This document shows, piece after piece, positions 10,880-20,671 of a stretch of 64,000 nucleotides of DNA. Each line of letters opens with the position of its first letter. Within the stretch, counting starts at the first letter, position 1. The position numbers and the translations under genes were made by a program. Source of the stretch: an uncultured Pelagibacteraceae bacterium (lineage in GTDB: Bacteria > Pseudomonadota > Alphaproteobacteria > Pelagibacterales > Pelagibacteraceae); contig CABZHM010000001.1 of the NCBI GenBank assembly GCA_902525625.1, forward strand, positions 29,130-93,129, given 5' to 3'. The notes under the pieces are model-generated. The model did no database searches. It was not told the origin of the DNA and was given only the letters and a program-made list of their open reading frames with translations.

Positions 10880-12805
10880 ATGAGCAAAATAATTGGAATA
10901 GATTTAGGAACAACAAACTCTTGCGTGGCTATTATGGAAGGAAGTCAGGCGAAAGTTTTAGAGAATGCAGAGGGTGCAAGAACTACACCATCGGTTGTGG
11001 CTTTTACTGAAGAAAAAGAGAAATTAATAGGACAACCTGCTAAAAGACAAGCAGTAACAAATCCTGAGAATACAATTTTTGCAGTTAAAAGATTGATTGG
11101 AAGAAATTTTGAAGACCCAACTGTTAAAAAAGATATCGAAGCTGCACCTTTTAAAATTGTAAATTCTGAAAAAGGTGACGCATGGATTGAAGCTAAAGGA
11201 GAGAAATATTCGCCCTCACAAATTTCTGCTTTTATTCTTCAAAAAATGAAAGAGACTGCTGAAAAATACCTGGGTCAAGCTGTTACAAAAGCAGTTATAA
11301 CAGTTCCTGCATATTTTAATGATGCACAAAGACAAGCTACAAAGGATGCTGGAAAAATAGCTGGGTTAGATGTTTTGAGAATTATTAACGAACCAACCGC
11401 AGCTTCATTAGCCTATGGTTTAGATAAAAAACAAAATAAAAAAATTGCAGTTTACGATTTAGGTGGTGGAACTTTTGATGTATCTATTCTTGAATTAGGT
11501 GATGGAGTTTTTGAGGTAAAATCTACAAATGGTGATACTTTTTTGGGTGGAGAAGATTTTGACAACGCTGTTGTGGAATATTTAATTTCTGAATTCAAAA
11601 AAGATAGTGGTATTAATTTAAAAACTGATAAGTTAGCATTACAAAGATTAAAGGAAGCAGCTGAGAAAGCAAAAATTGAACTTTCAGCAGCGGAACAAAC
11701 AGACATTAATTTACCATTTATAACAGCTGATAAAACCGGTCCTAAACACATAAATTTAAAAATGACGAGAGCTAAGTTAGAAGCTTTAGTTGAAGATTTA
11801 ATTGCTAAAACTATTCCACCATGCAAAACTGCTTTGAAAGATGCTGGAATTTCAGCCAGCGATGTTGATGAAGTAGTAATGGTTGGGGGCATGACTAGAA
11901 TGCCAAAAGTCATTTCTGAGGTTAAAAATTTCTTTGGCAAAGAACCAAACAAAAGTGTTAATCCTGATGAAGTTGTGGCAATGGGTGCCGCAATACAAGC
12001 TGGTGTTTTACAAGGTGATGTAAAAGATGTTCTTTTATTAGATGTAACACCATTATCTTTAGGAATTGAGACTCTAGGCGGTGTTTCTACTAAACTTATT
12101 GAAAAAAATACAACTATACCTACAAAAAAGAGCCAGGTATTTTCTACTGCTGAGGATAACCAGCCAGCCGTCTCGATACGTGTTCTTCAGGGTGAAAGAG
12201 AAATGGCAACAGATAATAAATTGCTTGGCAATTTTGAACTAGTTGGTATTGCTCCAGCACCAAGAGGTGTTCCTCAAGTTGAGGTAACTTTTGATATAGA
12301 CGCTAACGGAATAGTTAATGTATCAGCTAAAGACAAAGGCACCGGCAAAGAACAAAAGATTCAAATTCAAGCTTCTGGTGGATTAAGTAATGAAGAAATT
12401 GAAAAAATGGTAAAAGATGCTGAGTCGAACAAAGAAGCTGACAAGAAAAAAAGGGAGTCTGTCGATGTAAGAAATCAGGCAGATACTTTAATTCATTCGA
12501 CTGAAAAAAATCTAAAAGAGCATGGATCTAAAGTTTCAGACACTGAGAAAAAAGCAATTGAGGATGGATCAAATGCATTGAAAGAGTCGCTAAAGAGTGA
12601 GGATATTGAAGATATAAAGAAGAAAACAGAAGCATTAATACAAGCTTCAATGAAACTTGGAGAAGCTATTTACAAGTCACAACAAAGCACAAAACCAGAC
12701 TCTGGTAAAGATGATGGAAAAGATGAAAAAGGAAAGAAAGACGATAATGTTGTTGATGCGGACTTTGAGGAAGTAAAGGACGAGAATAAAGAAAAAAGCG
12801 CTTAA
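10880..12805 (+). CDS. dnaK: Chaperone DnaK
   Basis: [29 protein letters not shown]. Confidence 0.99.
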   Translation: MSKIIGIDLGTTNSCVAIMEGSQAKVLENAEGARTTPSVVAFTEEKEKLIGQPAKRQAVTNPENTIFAVKRLIGRNFEDPTVKKDIEAAPFKIVNSEKGDAWIEAKGEKYSPSQISAFILQKMKETAEKYLGQAVTKAVITVPAYFNDAQRQATKDAGKIAGLDVLRIINEPTAASLAYGLDKKQNKKIAVYDLGGGTFDVSILELGDGVFEVKSTNGDTFLGGEDFDNAVVEYLISEFKKDSGINLKTDKLALQRLKEAAEKAKIELSAAEQTDINLPFITADKTGPKHINLKMTRAKLEALVEDLIAKTIPPCKTALKDAGISASDVDEVVMVGGMTRMPKVISEVKNFFGKEPNKSVNPDEVVAMGAAIQAGVLQGDVKDVLLLDVTPLSLGIETLGGVSTKLIEKNTTIPTKKSQVFSTAEDNQPAVSIRVLQGEREMATDNKLLGNFELVGIAPAPRGVPQVEVTFDIDANGIVNVSAKDKGTGKEQKIQIQASGGLSNEEIEKMVKDAESNKEADKKKRESVDVRNQADTLIHSTEKNLKEHGSKVSDTEKKAIEDGSNALKESLKSEDIEDIKKKTEALIQASMKLGEAIYKSQQSTKPDSGKDDGKDEKGKKDDNVVDADFEEVKDENKEKSA

Positions 12806-12833
12806 CTGACATCTATTTGTCCAGGTTATATAC

Positions 12834-13967
12834 ATGGCTAAAAGAGATTATTATGATGTCTTAGGAGTAAGTAAAAGCGCAAGCCCCGATGAACTAAAAT
12901 CGGCCTACAGAAAATTAGCCATTAAGTATCACCCTGACAAAAATCCTGGGGATAAATCTGCAGAAGATAAATTTAAAGAAGCCAGTGAAGCCTATGGTGT
13001 TCTCTCTGATAAATCAAAAAAAGAAAACTATGATAATTTTGGACATGCCGCATTTGAAAATGGTGGCAGTGGTAGAGGTGGTTTTGGTGGTTTCGGAGGT
13101 TTTAGTGGAGCAGATTTCTCTGATATTTTCGAGGATTTTTTTGGAGACTTTGGTGGAGGGAGAACAAGTTCAAGAAAGGGTTCGAATAATAGGGGATCAG
13201 ATCTAAGATATGATTTGTCTATAAACCTAGAAGATGCGTACACCGGTAAAAAACAAAATATTCAATTTTCTACTTCTGAAAAATGTAACACTTGTAAAGG
13301 AAGTGGTTCTAAACCGGGTTATAGCCCAGACAGATGTACCTATTGTGGAGGAAACGGAAGAGTTAGATCCAATCAAGGCTTTTTTACTGTTCAACAAACT
13401 TGTCCTCAATGTGCTGGGAGTGGTGAAGAAATAACTAACCCATGTGGAGATTGTAATGGACAAGGTAATAAACAAACAAACAAAAAAATATCTGTAACAA
13501 TTCCAAAAGGTGTTGATGATGGCACAAGAATAAGACTTGCCGGCAAAGGTGAGGCTGGAACAAGAGGGGGCACTAGTGGAGATTTATATTTATTTATAAA
13601 TGTCAAATCTCATGAATTATTTAAAAGATCCGATGTCAATTTATTTTTTGAATTTCCTATTTCAATTGTTGATGCAGCTCTTGGTACCACAATCGAAATA
13701 CCAACAATTGATGGAAAAAAAGCTAAAATAAAAATACCTGATGGTACTCAAAATGGTAAACAATTTAGATTAAAAGGAAAAGGTATGCCTTTTATGCGAA
13801 GAGGAGATTATGGTGATCTCTATGTACAAGTTAAAACAGAAATTCCTATTTCCCTCAACAAAGAACAAAAAGAATTATTAGAAAGATTTAAAAAAATTGA
13901 TAATGAAAGATCTAATCCTAACATTAAAAGGTTTTTTCAAAAAGCTAAGGATTTTTGGAAAAATTAA
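12834..13967 (+). CDS. dnaJ: Chaperone DnaJ
   Basis: J domain HPD, G/F region, four CxxCxGxG repeats. Confidence 0.99.
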   Translation: MAKRDYYDVLGVSKSASPDELKSAYRKLAIKYHPDKNPGDKSAEDKFKEASEAYGVLSDKSKKENYDNFGHAAFENGGSGRGGFGGFGGFSGADFSDIFEDFFGDFGGGRTSSRKGSNNRGSDLRYDLSINLEDAYTGKKQNIQFSTSEKCNTCKGSGSKPGYSPDRCTYCGGNGRVRSNQGFFTVQQTCPQCAGSGEEITNPCGDCNGQGNKQTNKKISVTIPKGVDDGTRIRLAGKGEAGTRGGTSGDLYLFINVKSHELFKRSDVNLFFEFPISIVDAALGTTIEIPTIDGKKAKIKIPDGTQNGKQFRLKGKGMPFMRRGDYGDLYVQVKTEIPISLNKEQKELLERFKKIDNERSNPNIKRFFQKAKDFWKN

Positions 13968-13970
13968 AAA

Positions 13971-14138
13971 ATGGGTTTAGAGGAAATAATCCCGGCGATC
14001 GCTTTAGTTGCTATACTAATACTAGTTCTACCAGAATTTCTAACCTCGAATATAAAAAAAAAACGTTTCCTTAAAAATTTAGGTATTTGGGGTATTATTG
14101 TTTTATTACTTATGATACTTATTTATTTTATCATTTAA
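13971..14138 (+). CDS. Small (55 aa) two-TM membrane protein, not in the ORF track
   Basis: Hand translation MGLEEIIPAIALVAILILVLPEFLTSNIKKKRFLKNLGIWGIIVLLLMILIYFII*; starts 3 nt after the dnaJ stop, and its TAA overlaps the dapB ATG (TAATG). Confidence 0.8.
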   Translation: MGLEEIIPAIALVAILILVLPEFLTSNIKKKRFLKNLGIWGIIVLLLMILIYFII

Positions 14139-14914
14139 TGAAAAAAATTAATTTGGCTATAACTGGATGTCTTGGAAGAATGGGAAGCCAGATAATTAAA
14201 TCGGTTAGAGCAGATAAAAACTTTAAGTTAGTAACTGTAACTGAAAACAAAAAAACTGACAAAAAAATTCACGGTTTAAAAATTTCAACTAATAATTCGG
14301 ATATTTTTAAAAAAACCAATCTTATTATAGATTTTACGATACCGAAGTGCACTATGGAAATATTAAAAATTGCCGTGAAGTTAAAAAAAAGAATAGTAAT
14401 CGGAACCACTGGTTTCACAAAGATAGAGGAAGATTTAATTCAGAAATATTCCAAAAAAATACCTATTTTAAAAGCGGGAAACATGAGCCTAGGTATTAAT
14501 CTACTTATGTACTTAACAGAAATAACCTCAAAATCCCTCGGCGATACCTTTTTAAGTAAAATATTTGAAATTCACCACAAATATAAAAAAGATTATCCGT
14601 CAGGGACCGCCTTAATGCTAGGTAAAGGGATAGCAAAAGGAAAAAATAAAGACTTATATAAGATAATTGGAAAAAAATATTTGAATAGAAAAACCTTTCC
14701 ATATGGAAAAAAAATTAATTTTAATTCAATTAGAAAGGGTGAAATAATTGGTGAACATGAAGTAAAATTTTCAAGTGGAAAAGAAATAATAACACTTAAT
14801 CATGAGGCCTTTGATAGGGCACTATATTCTGAGGGAGCGTTAACCGCAGGTAAATGGCTAATGACAAAAAAACCAGGCCTTTACTCAATGCGAAATCTTA
14901 TGAATTTCAAATAA
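14138..14914 (+). CDS. dapB: 4-hydroxy-tetrahydrodipicolinate reductase (start corrected to ATG 14138)
   Basis: ITGCLGRMG, IDFT, VIGTTG, EIHHKYKKDYPSGTA. Confidence 0.96.
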   Translation: MKKINLAITGCLGRMGSQIIKSVRADKNFKLVTVTENKKTDKKIHGLKISTNNSDIFKKTNLIIDFTIPKCTMEILKIAVKLKKRIVIGTTGFTKIEEDLIQKYSKKIPILKAGNMSLGINLLMYLTEITSKSLGDTFLSKIFEIHHKYKKDYPSGTALMLGKGIAKGKNKDLYKIIGKKYLNRKTFPYGKKINFNSIRKGEIIGEHEVKFSSGKEIITLNHEAFDRALYSEGALTAGKWLMTKKPGLYSMRNLMNFK

Positions 14915-15567
14915 TGACTGAAATTCAAAGGGCTAAAATTATATTAAAATATCTCAATAAAACTTATCCTAAAATAAAAGTACCCCTCAAAAGTCGTAAT
15001 GTTTTTACACTGTTAATTTCTGTTTTATTATCTGCTCAGTGTACTGATGTAAACGTAAACAACGTAACAAAAAATATTTATCCAAAATATTATAGACCCC
15101 ATCATTTTTTAAAATTAGGAAGAAAAAAAATTGAAAAACTTATAAAAAAAATTGGTATTTTTCGAATTAAAGCTAAAAGTATTTATAATCTTTGCCGTAT
15201 TTTAGAGGAAAAGTATAACGGAAAAGTTCCAAAAACATTTGAAGAATTAGAACAATTGCCTGGAGTAGGTCATAAAACTGCTAGTGTAGTTATGTCCCAG
15301 GGATTTGGTCATCCTGCGTTTCCCATTGACACACACATTCATAGATTAGCTCAGAGATGGGGATTGACAAATGGCAAAAACGTTATTCAAACTGAAAAAG
15401 ATTTAAAAAAATTATTCCCAAAAAAATATTGGAACAAACTACATCTACAGATCATTTATTATGGAAGAGAATATTGTAAAGCGCGAGATTGTTATGGAAT
15501 GACTTGTAAAATATGTACCAGTTGTTATCCTAATAGAAAAAAACCAATCATAACTAAAAAGCCATAA
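14914..15567 (+). CDS. nth: Endonuclease III (start likely ATG 14914, coupled to dapB stop)
   Basis: LLSAQCTD, HhH LPGVGHKTA, DTHIHR, C-terminal Cys cluster. Confidence 0.95.
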   Translation: MTEIQRAKIILKYLNKTYPKIKVPLKSRNVFTLLISVLLSAQCTDVNVNNVTKNIYPKYYRPHHFLKLGRKKIEKLIKKIGIFRIKAKSIYNLCRILEEKYNGKVPKTFEELEQLPGVGHKTASVVMSQGFGHPAFPIDTHIHRLAQRWGLTNGKNVIQTEKDLKKLFPKKYWNKLHLQIIYYGREYCKARDCYGMTCKICTSCYPNRKKPIITKKP

Positions 15568-16497
15568 ATGAAGATTTTAGGTATAGGAAATGCAATAGTT
15601 GATGTAATCTGTAAAGTTGAAGATAATTTTATAAAAAAAAATAATCTAACAAAAGGTCTCATGAAGCTTTTTTTTGATGAAATTGAATTTACTAATTTAT
15701 TATCAAATTTGAAAATTGAAAAAACAATTTCAGGAGGTTCGGTTGCAAATTCAATAGTTGGCTTATCACAATTGGGAAATAAAGTTGGTTTTATCGGCAA
15801 AATATCAGATGATACTTTTGGTATTAAATATGAGGATGGTTTAAAAAAAGAAAATGTAAATTTTTTTTACACTAGAAAAAAAGAAATCCTTCCAACTGGA
15901 ACATGTTTAATTTTAATTACTCCTGACTCGGAAAGAACAATGTGTACTTTTTTAGGGACTGCGGGAAAAATAAACAAAAATGACCTTGATGTTGAGGCTA
16001 TTAAAAAAAGCGATTTAATTTTTTTAGAGGGATATTTATGGGATGAAGGAGATCCTAAAGAGGCATTTGAGGAAGCGATAAATTTATCAAATAAAACAGC
16101 AATGTCATTATCAGATAAATTTTGTGTAGATAGACATAAATCTAACTTTTTAGACCTTGTAAAGAACAAGTTAGATTTAGTTTTTGCGAATGAAGCTGAA
16201 ATAATGTCTCTAATTGATGCAAAAAAATTTGATGAAGTTATTTTGTTTGGAAAACAAATTAAAAAACATCTAATCATAACTAGAGGTGGTAAAGGTGCTG
16301 TTTCAATCTATAAAAATGAAATTGTAGAAATTGATGCTAAAAAAGACCTTAAGATTGTAGACTTAACAGGAGCGGGTGATTTATTTGCTTCAGGGTATTT
16401 ACATGGATTTATTAATAATTTTCCACAAAGAGAATGTTTAGAGAAAGCAACTGAAATGTCATCTAAAATAATTCAACAGATAGGAGCAAGACTTTAA
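15568..16497 (+). CDS. PfkB-family carbohydrate/adenosine kinase
   Basis: GIGNAIVD, SGGSVANS, ERTMCTFLG, EGYLWD, DLTGAGDLFASG. Confidence 0.9.
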   Translation: MKILGIGNAIVDVICKVEDNFIKKNNLTKGLMKLFFDEIEFTNLLSNLKIEKTISGGSVANSIVGLSQLGNKVGFIGKISDDTFGIKYEDGLKKENVNFFYTRKKEILPTGTCLILITPDSERTMCTFLGTAGKINKNDLDVEAIKKSDLIFLEGYLWDEGDPKEAFEEAINLSNKTAMSLSDKFCVDRHKSNFLDLVKNKLDLVFANEAEIMSLIDAKKFDEVILFGKQIKKHLIITRGGKGAVSIYKNEIVEIDAKKDLKIVDLTGAGDLFASGYLHGFINNFPQRECLEKATEMSSKIIQQIGARL

Positions 16498-16616
16498 TTT
16501 TTTTTAATTCTTTTAAAACTACCTTTTCCTTTTTTTGGCTTAATTACTCTTGGTTTGTATTTTTTTGTAAAAAGTTCTTTTACAAATCTATTTTTTTTCT
16601 GCAATTTGGTAACCAT
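16494..16616 (-). CDS. arfA: ArfA-like alternative ribosome rescue factor (40 aa; alternative TTG start at 16604), not in the ORF track
   Basis: Hand translation MVTKLQKKNRFVKELFTKKYKPRVIKPKKGKGSFKRIKKN*; carries the ArfA signature RV.K.KKGKGS[FY].R and fills an otherwise empty gap. Confidence 0.72.
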   Translation of the reverse strand: MVTKLQKKNRFVKELFTKKYKPRVIKPKKGKGSFKRIKKN

Positions 16617-17160
16617 TATCTTTGCTAATTATTAACTTATCATCAAGAAACTTTTCTTTAAATTTTTTTCTTAATCTATGAATATGTGTTTCAACAGTAT
16701 GAGTCTCTAATTTTGATTGATATGCCCAGACTTTTTCTTGCAATTCCTGAATCGAGACTGGTTTTTTTTTTTTCGATAAATATATAATTGTATTTATCTC
16801 TTTTTCAGTCAACTTTAACCTTTGATTATTAAGAATTATTTCTCTCGAATTTATATTAATAGTATATTCTCCAACTATTATATTTGATTGTTCATTAAAT
16901 TTTTTTTTTAAAAATGCGATATTTATTTTTTCCAAAACCCTAGGAAATTTAATTGGAAAATCGTCAACTAAAATTACATTTGATAAATTGAGATTTTTTT
17001 TTTTGGATAAAATAAGATAATTTTCATATTGACTAAAGTTAGTTTTGGTAATTTCTTTTTTTGTTAGATTCATGATCCTAAAATTAAGATTTTCCTTAAT
17101 CTCCTCAAAAATATCAAAAAGAAATGGCAATTCATAAATAAACAAAATTTGATTATTCAT
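16588..17160 (-). CDS. OmpR-type winged-helix regulator, CenR-like, with degenerate receiver domain (start likely ATG 17160)
   Basis: LTEKE...VWAYQSKLETHTVETHIHRLRKK matches CenR/OtpR-type DNA-binding domains; neighbours the L,D-transpeptidase, yggS and leuS; no clear acidic pocket in the N-terminal half. Confidence 0.75.
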   Translation of the reverse strand: MNNQILFIYELPFLFDIFEEIKENLNFRIMNLTKKEITKTNFSQYENYLILSKKKNLNLSNVILVDDFPIKFPRVLEKINIAFLKKKFNEQSNIIVGEYTININSREIILNNQRLKLTEKEINTIIYLSKKKKPVSIQELQEKVWAYQSKLETHTVETHIHRLRKKFKEKFLDDKLIISKDNGYQIAEKK

Positions 17161-17173
17161 ATATAAGCACAAT

Positions 17174-17668
17174 ATGACAATTATTTTAAAAAACAAACAC
17201 TCTCTTAAGATTGATGATTTTGAATTTCAATGTTGTATAGGAAAAAATGGTTTAACCAGCAAAAAAATCGAGGGAGATAAAAAAACCCCTAAGGGTACTT
17301 TTAGCTTAGAAAAATTATATTATAGAAGTGATAAATTAGACAAACCTAAAACAAAATTAAAGTGTATTAAAATAAAAAAAAATATGGGCTGGTGCGATGA
17401 TGTTAAAGACAAAATAAATTATAATAAACTAATGAATACAAAAAAAAAATTGCGGTATGAAACACTTTTTAGGAAAGATTTTAAGTATAATTTAATAATA
17501 CCGATCAAATATAATTGGAATAAAAGAATTCTTGGGAAAGGTAGTTGCATTTTTTTACATTTAACAAAAACATATAAGCCTACCGCAGGGTGTATTGCAT
17601 TAAACTTAAAAGACTTTTTAATAATGTTGAAATTAATAAATGCAAAAACAAAAATTAAAATTTATTAA
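17174..17668 (+). CDS. L,D-transpeptidase (YkuD) family protein
   Basis: KIEGDKKTPKG, GWCDD, GSCIFLH...TAGCIAL catalytic His/Cys. Confidence 0.9.
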   Translation: MTIILKNKHSLKIDDFEFQCCIGKNGLTSKKIEGDKKTPKGTFSLEKLYYRSDKLDKPKTKLKCIKIKKNMGWCDDVKDKINYNKLMNTKKKLRYETLFRKDFKYNLIIPIKYNWNKRILGKGSCIFLHLTKTYKPTAGCIALNLKDFLIMLKLINAKTKIKIY

Positions 17669-18324
17669 TTTCTATTACCAAAAATAGCTGATCCGACTCT
17701 TAAATAAGTTGAATGATTTTCAACAGCTTTGATATAATCTGAAGACATGCCTATACTCAAATCCTTTAGATTCAAATTTTTATTTAATTCATTTAACTCA
17801 TGAAAAAAAGGATCTGGTTCAGAGTTGACTGGTGGAATGCACATCAATCCAACAACATTTAATTTCAAGCTGATACAATATAGATGGAGTTCGTTTAAAT
17901 CATTCTTCAATACACCAGACTTTTGTACCTCATTGCCTAAATTTACTTGAATAAATATTTTAACTTTTTTATTTTGTTTTAATTGTTCATCAAAAATTTT
18001 TTTTGCAAGTTTTTTGCTATCAACTGAGTGAATGAAATCAAAAATTTTTAATGCAAATTTTACTTTATTTGTTTGAAGTTTGCCGATTAAATGCAGTACT
18101 AGTTCTGGCCTTTCTAATTTTATTTGACCCCATTTATCTAAGGCTTCCTGAACCTTATTCTCTCCATAATCACAATGACCGTGCTCAATAAGTGGCATAA
18201 TTTTATCTAGAGAAAAAGTTTTTGAAACAGCAATTATTTTAGGAGGTTTTAGGATATTTGGGTTTAACTCTTTAGATTTTACAAGTTTCTCAATATGTAA
18301 TAACTTTTGGACTGACGAATGCAT
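17665..18324 (-). CDS. yggS: PLP homeostasis protein (YggS family)
   Basis: IAVSKT, YGENKVQE, HLIGKLQTNKVK, LSIGMSSDY, RVGSAIFG. Confidence 0.96.
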   Translation of the reverse strand: MHSSVQKLLHIEKLVKSKELNPNILKPPKIIAVSKTFSLDKIMPLIEHGHCDYGENKVQEALDKWGQIKLERPELVLHLIGKLQTNKVKFALKIFDFIHSVDSKKLAKKIFDEQLKQNKKVKIFIQVNLGNEVQKSGVLKNDLNELHLYCISLKLNVVGLMCIPPVNSEPDPFFHELNELNKNLNLKDLSIGMSSDYIKAVENHSTYLRVGSAIFGNRN

Positions 18325-18882
18325 AAAATAAATTTTAAAAAATATTACTTTATAAGTGAATACGATACAAATTTAATCAAACACCAAGATAAGAAAACAA
18401 ATATAATTTATCGAAATTATAAAGATAAAATTGATATACCTAAGTTAATGATTTTAAGAGATTTTTGTAAAAAAAAAGGTTGTAATTTTTTTTTGTCAAA
18501 CAACATTAAATTAGCGATTAAGCTTAATTTAGATGGTGCTTATTTACCCTCTTTTAACAGAAATTTTAATCATCTTGCTTATAATTTTAAAAAAAAATTT
18601 ATTATTTTAGGATCTGTGCATTCAATTAAAGAATTGAATATTAAGAAATTACAATTAGTAAAATACTTTTTTTTATCATCGATTTTCAAAAAAAATGAAA
18701 ACTACTTAGGTATACAAAAATTTAGGTTGTTTGAAAGTTATATTAAAAAAAATATCATTGCTTTAGGTGGAATTAATGAAAGAAATTTAAGAAAACTCAA
18801 TTTGCTGAATATTTCAGGTTTTGCTGGGATTTCATTATTCAAAAAAAAGGCCCCTTATAAAAGGGGCCCTTTAATATTTTAG
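18319..18882 (+). CDS. Thiamine-phosphate synthase-like (ThiE/TenI fold) protein, divergent
   Basis: LNLDGAYL, GSVHSIKE, IIALGGIN, GFAGIS motifs; short and divergent. Confidence 0.65.
   Translation: MHKINFKKYYFISEYDTNLIKHQDKKTNIIYRNYKDKIDIPKLMILRDFCKKKGCNFFLSNNIKLAIKLNLDGAYLPSFNRNFNHLAYNFKKKFIILGSVHSIKELNIKKLQLVKYFFLSSIFKKNENYLGIQKFRLFESYIKKNIIALGGINERNLRKLNLLNISGFAGISLFKKKAPYKRGPLIF
18841..18868 (-). terminator. Rho-independent terminator of the porin gene, embedded in the 3' end of the convergent thiE-like gene
   Basis: GGCCCCTT-ATAA-AAGGGGCC hairpin; A8 at 18841-48 gives a U8 tail on the minus strand. Confidence 0.88.
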
Positions 18883-18894
18883 ACTCTAAATAAA

Positions 18895-19881
18895 TTAGAA
18901 TGCAAATGTAAGAGCGAACTCATACGACTCTTTGTCAGCTGTAGCATCTGTGCTACCAGCAACATTGTCGTTTTCGTTCATGTGACCAGCAATTGTCATA
19001 CCACCCATTGTGTATGATGCTGAGATACCTGAATCATTTTGCTCTACAGTTGTAGAATCTGATGAAGTATCATCGTTATAGTCTCTTTGACCATAAGCAA
19101 TACTCATATTCTCATTGATTGCATATGATATACCGAAGCTTTCAGACTCATCGTTTTTGTTTGCAGTACTTCCGTCTGCATCATGAGTTTGATAAGCAAC
19201 TGTTAAACCACCAACTGCGTATTTGATAAACATCGTTTCTTGATCGATTGAAGTCGATGTTGTATCATCTAACTCAGCCATACCATAACCAATAGTCAAA
19301 CCTTCAACCATTTCTGGAGAAATTTGAATACCGAAGTCAGTGTAGTGACCTAAGTCATAGTTATTGTCTGTTGCAGTAGTTTCTTCTGACGATTGTTGGT
19401 GAGCCGCTTTAAACATTACACCACTGAATGAAGGTGAGTCATATGTAAACAGGTTGTTACCTGATCTACCATCGATTCTCACGTCACCGCCAGTTGTAGT
19501 ATCCCAAACTTCTTCGTAAGCGTTTGGTGTTACGTCATCCCACTGACCCATTACTGATGAACCACCATGTCCGTGGAAAGTAACAGTACCCATTGAGTCT
19601 GTACCGAAAGACACACTTCTGTCGTCCATACCAGCATTAGTAGCTGGGTTGTCGTTATCAAGTTCCATGCTAGCTGAAACTGTGATACCACCGTCTGTTT
19701 CACCAGAAGCAGAGAAAACAACACTATCAAACTGATATGCAGTTGATTTTGTATTCTCGTCTCCTGTTGATGCTAAAGCGAATCCAGTTGAAACTGAAAC
19801 ACTTCCTTCAGCTGCATTTACAGCTGTCATTGCTAGTGAACCAGCTAATGCTGATACACCAATTTTTGTTAATTTGTTCAT
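18895..19881 (-). CDS. Major outer-membrane porin (Gram-negative porin family)
   Basis: Signal peptide MNKLTKIGVSALAGSLAMTAVNA; amphipathic beta strands; C-terminal Phe; strong AAGGAG RBS, own terminator, higher GC and highly-expressed-type codon use. Confidence 0.9.
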   Translation of the reverse strand: MNKLTKIGVSALAGSLAMTAVNAAEGSVSVSTGFALASTGDENTKSTAYQFDSVVFSASGETDGGITVSASMELDNDNPATNAGMDDRSVSFGTDSMGTVTFHGHGGSSVMGQWDDVTPNAYEEVWDTTTGGDVRIDGRSGNNLFTYDSPSFSGVMFKAAHQQSSEETTATDNNYDLGHYTDFGIQISPEMVEGLTIGYGMAELDDTTSTSIDQETMFIKYAVGGLTVAYQTHDADGSTANKNDESESFGISYAINENMSIAYGQRDYNDDTSSDSTTVEQNDSGISASYTMGGMTIAGHMNENDNVAGSTDATADKESYEFALTFAF

Positions 19882-20081
19882 ATTAATTACTCCTTAATTT
19901 GTTTAATATTAAACATGGAGGTTTTATCAAATAGAATGCTGATTTAACAAAATATAAGGGTTTATTAATCAATAATTTTGGAAACTGTGATAATTTTACA
20001 ACACAATTTTCTTTGATTTTATTATATTTTTTGTGTTATTTGGGTATGTTAGAATTTCACGACTCTAAAGAGCTTTTTTAT

Positions 20082-20660
20082 ATGAAAAATTATAAATTTA
20101 TAAGGATTTTAAGTTTACTTTCCATTTTTTTATTTCTTTTAAGTGCTTGTGGAAATTTTTTCAGAGGTGCTGATGCAAGAAAAGTTTCGTCTGATCCTAG
20201 AGAAAGAGTTAAAAAAAATTTAGAAGAAGGGAAGGGATTTAGATTGAATGATGCTATTAAAAAAGGAGTTGGAAGTGGTGGCAACTTTGAGTTTGCTAGT
20301 TCAAATGAATTATGGAGAGCTTCGTTAGATATTATTGAATTTATGCCACTAACATCTGCAAATTATAGTGGGGGAATAATCATAACCGATTGGTATTCCA
20401 ATAATAACAATCCTAACGAAACAATAAAAATCACAATTAGATTTTTAAGTAATGAAATAAGATCTGACGCAGTAGATATTAATGTTTTTTACAAAAAATG
20501 TGATGCTGATTTTAAATGTGTTGTTCAAAAAAATAATAAAAATATTGAATCTGAATTAAGACGAGAAATTCTAAAAAAAGCAACTATCTATCAAAAACAA
20601 ACCAGAGCAAAAAATAAGTCCTATTATCCTACACCTAAAATGGGTGGAGAAACTAATTAG
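20082..20660 (+). CDS. DUF3576-type lipoprotein (start likely ATG 20082)
   Basis: Lipobox LSAC; [29 protein letters not shown]; precedes leuS. Confidence 0.82.
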   Translation: MKNYKFIRILSLLSIFLFLLSACGNFFRGADARKVSSDPRERVKKNLEEGKGFRLNDAIKKGVGSGGNFEFASSNELWRASLDIIEFMPLTSANYSGGIIITDWYSNNNNPNETIKITIRFLSNEIRSDAVDINVFYKKCDADFKCVVQKNNKNIESELRREILKKATIYQKQTRAKNKSYYPTPKMGGETN

Positions 20661-20671
20661 GTTCAATTTTA

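Noticed and set aside
14087-14137. Track-proposed N-terminal extensions (dapB 14087, nth 14854, DUF3576 20013, secB 39984, Tim44 40376, ftsK 52186, ubiH 52178)
   Set aside because: Downstream ATGs fit family N-termini, stop/start coupling or promoter spacing better.
18895-19881. Higher GC in the porin (also dnaK and actP) suggesting horizontal transfer
   Set aside because: Consistent with amino-acid composition and codon bias of highly expressed genes; conserved genomic context.
19927-20081. Possible riboswitch or sRNA in the porin/DUF3576 spacer; CRP/FNR-like TGTGA-N6-TACAA
   Set aside because: No recognisable riboswitch core or GC-rich structure; the second half-site is poor.
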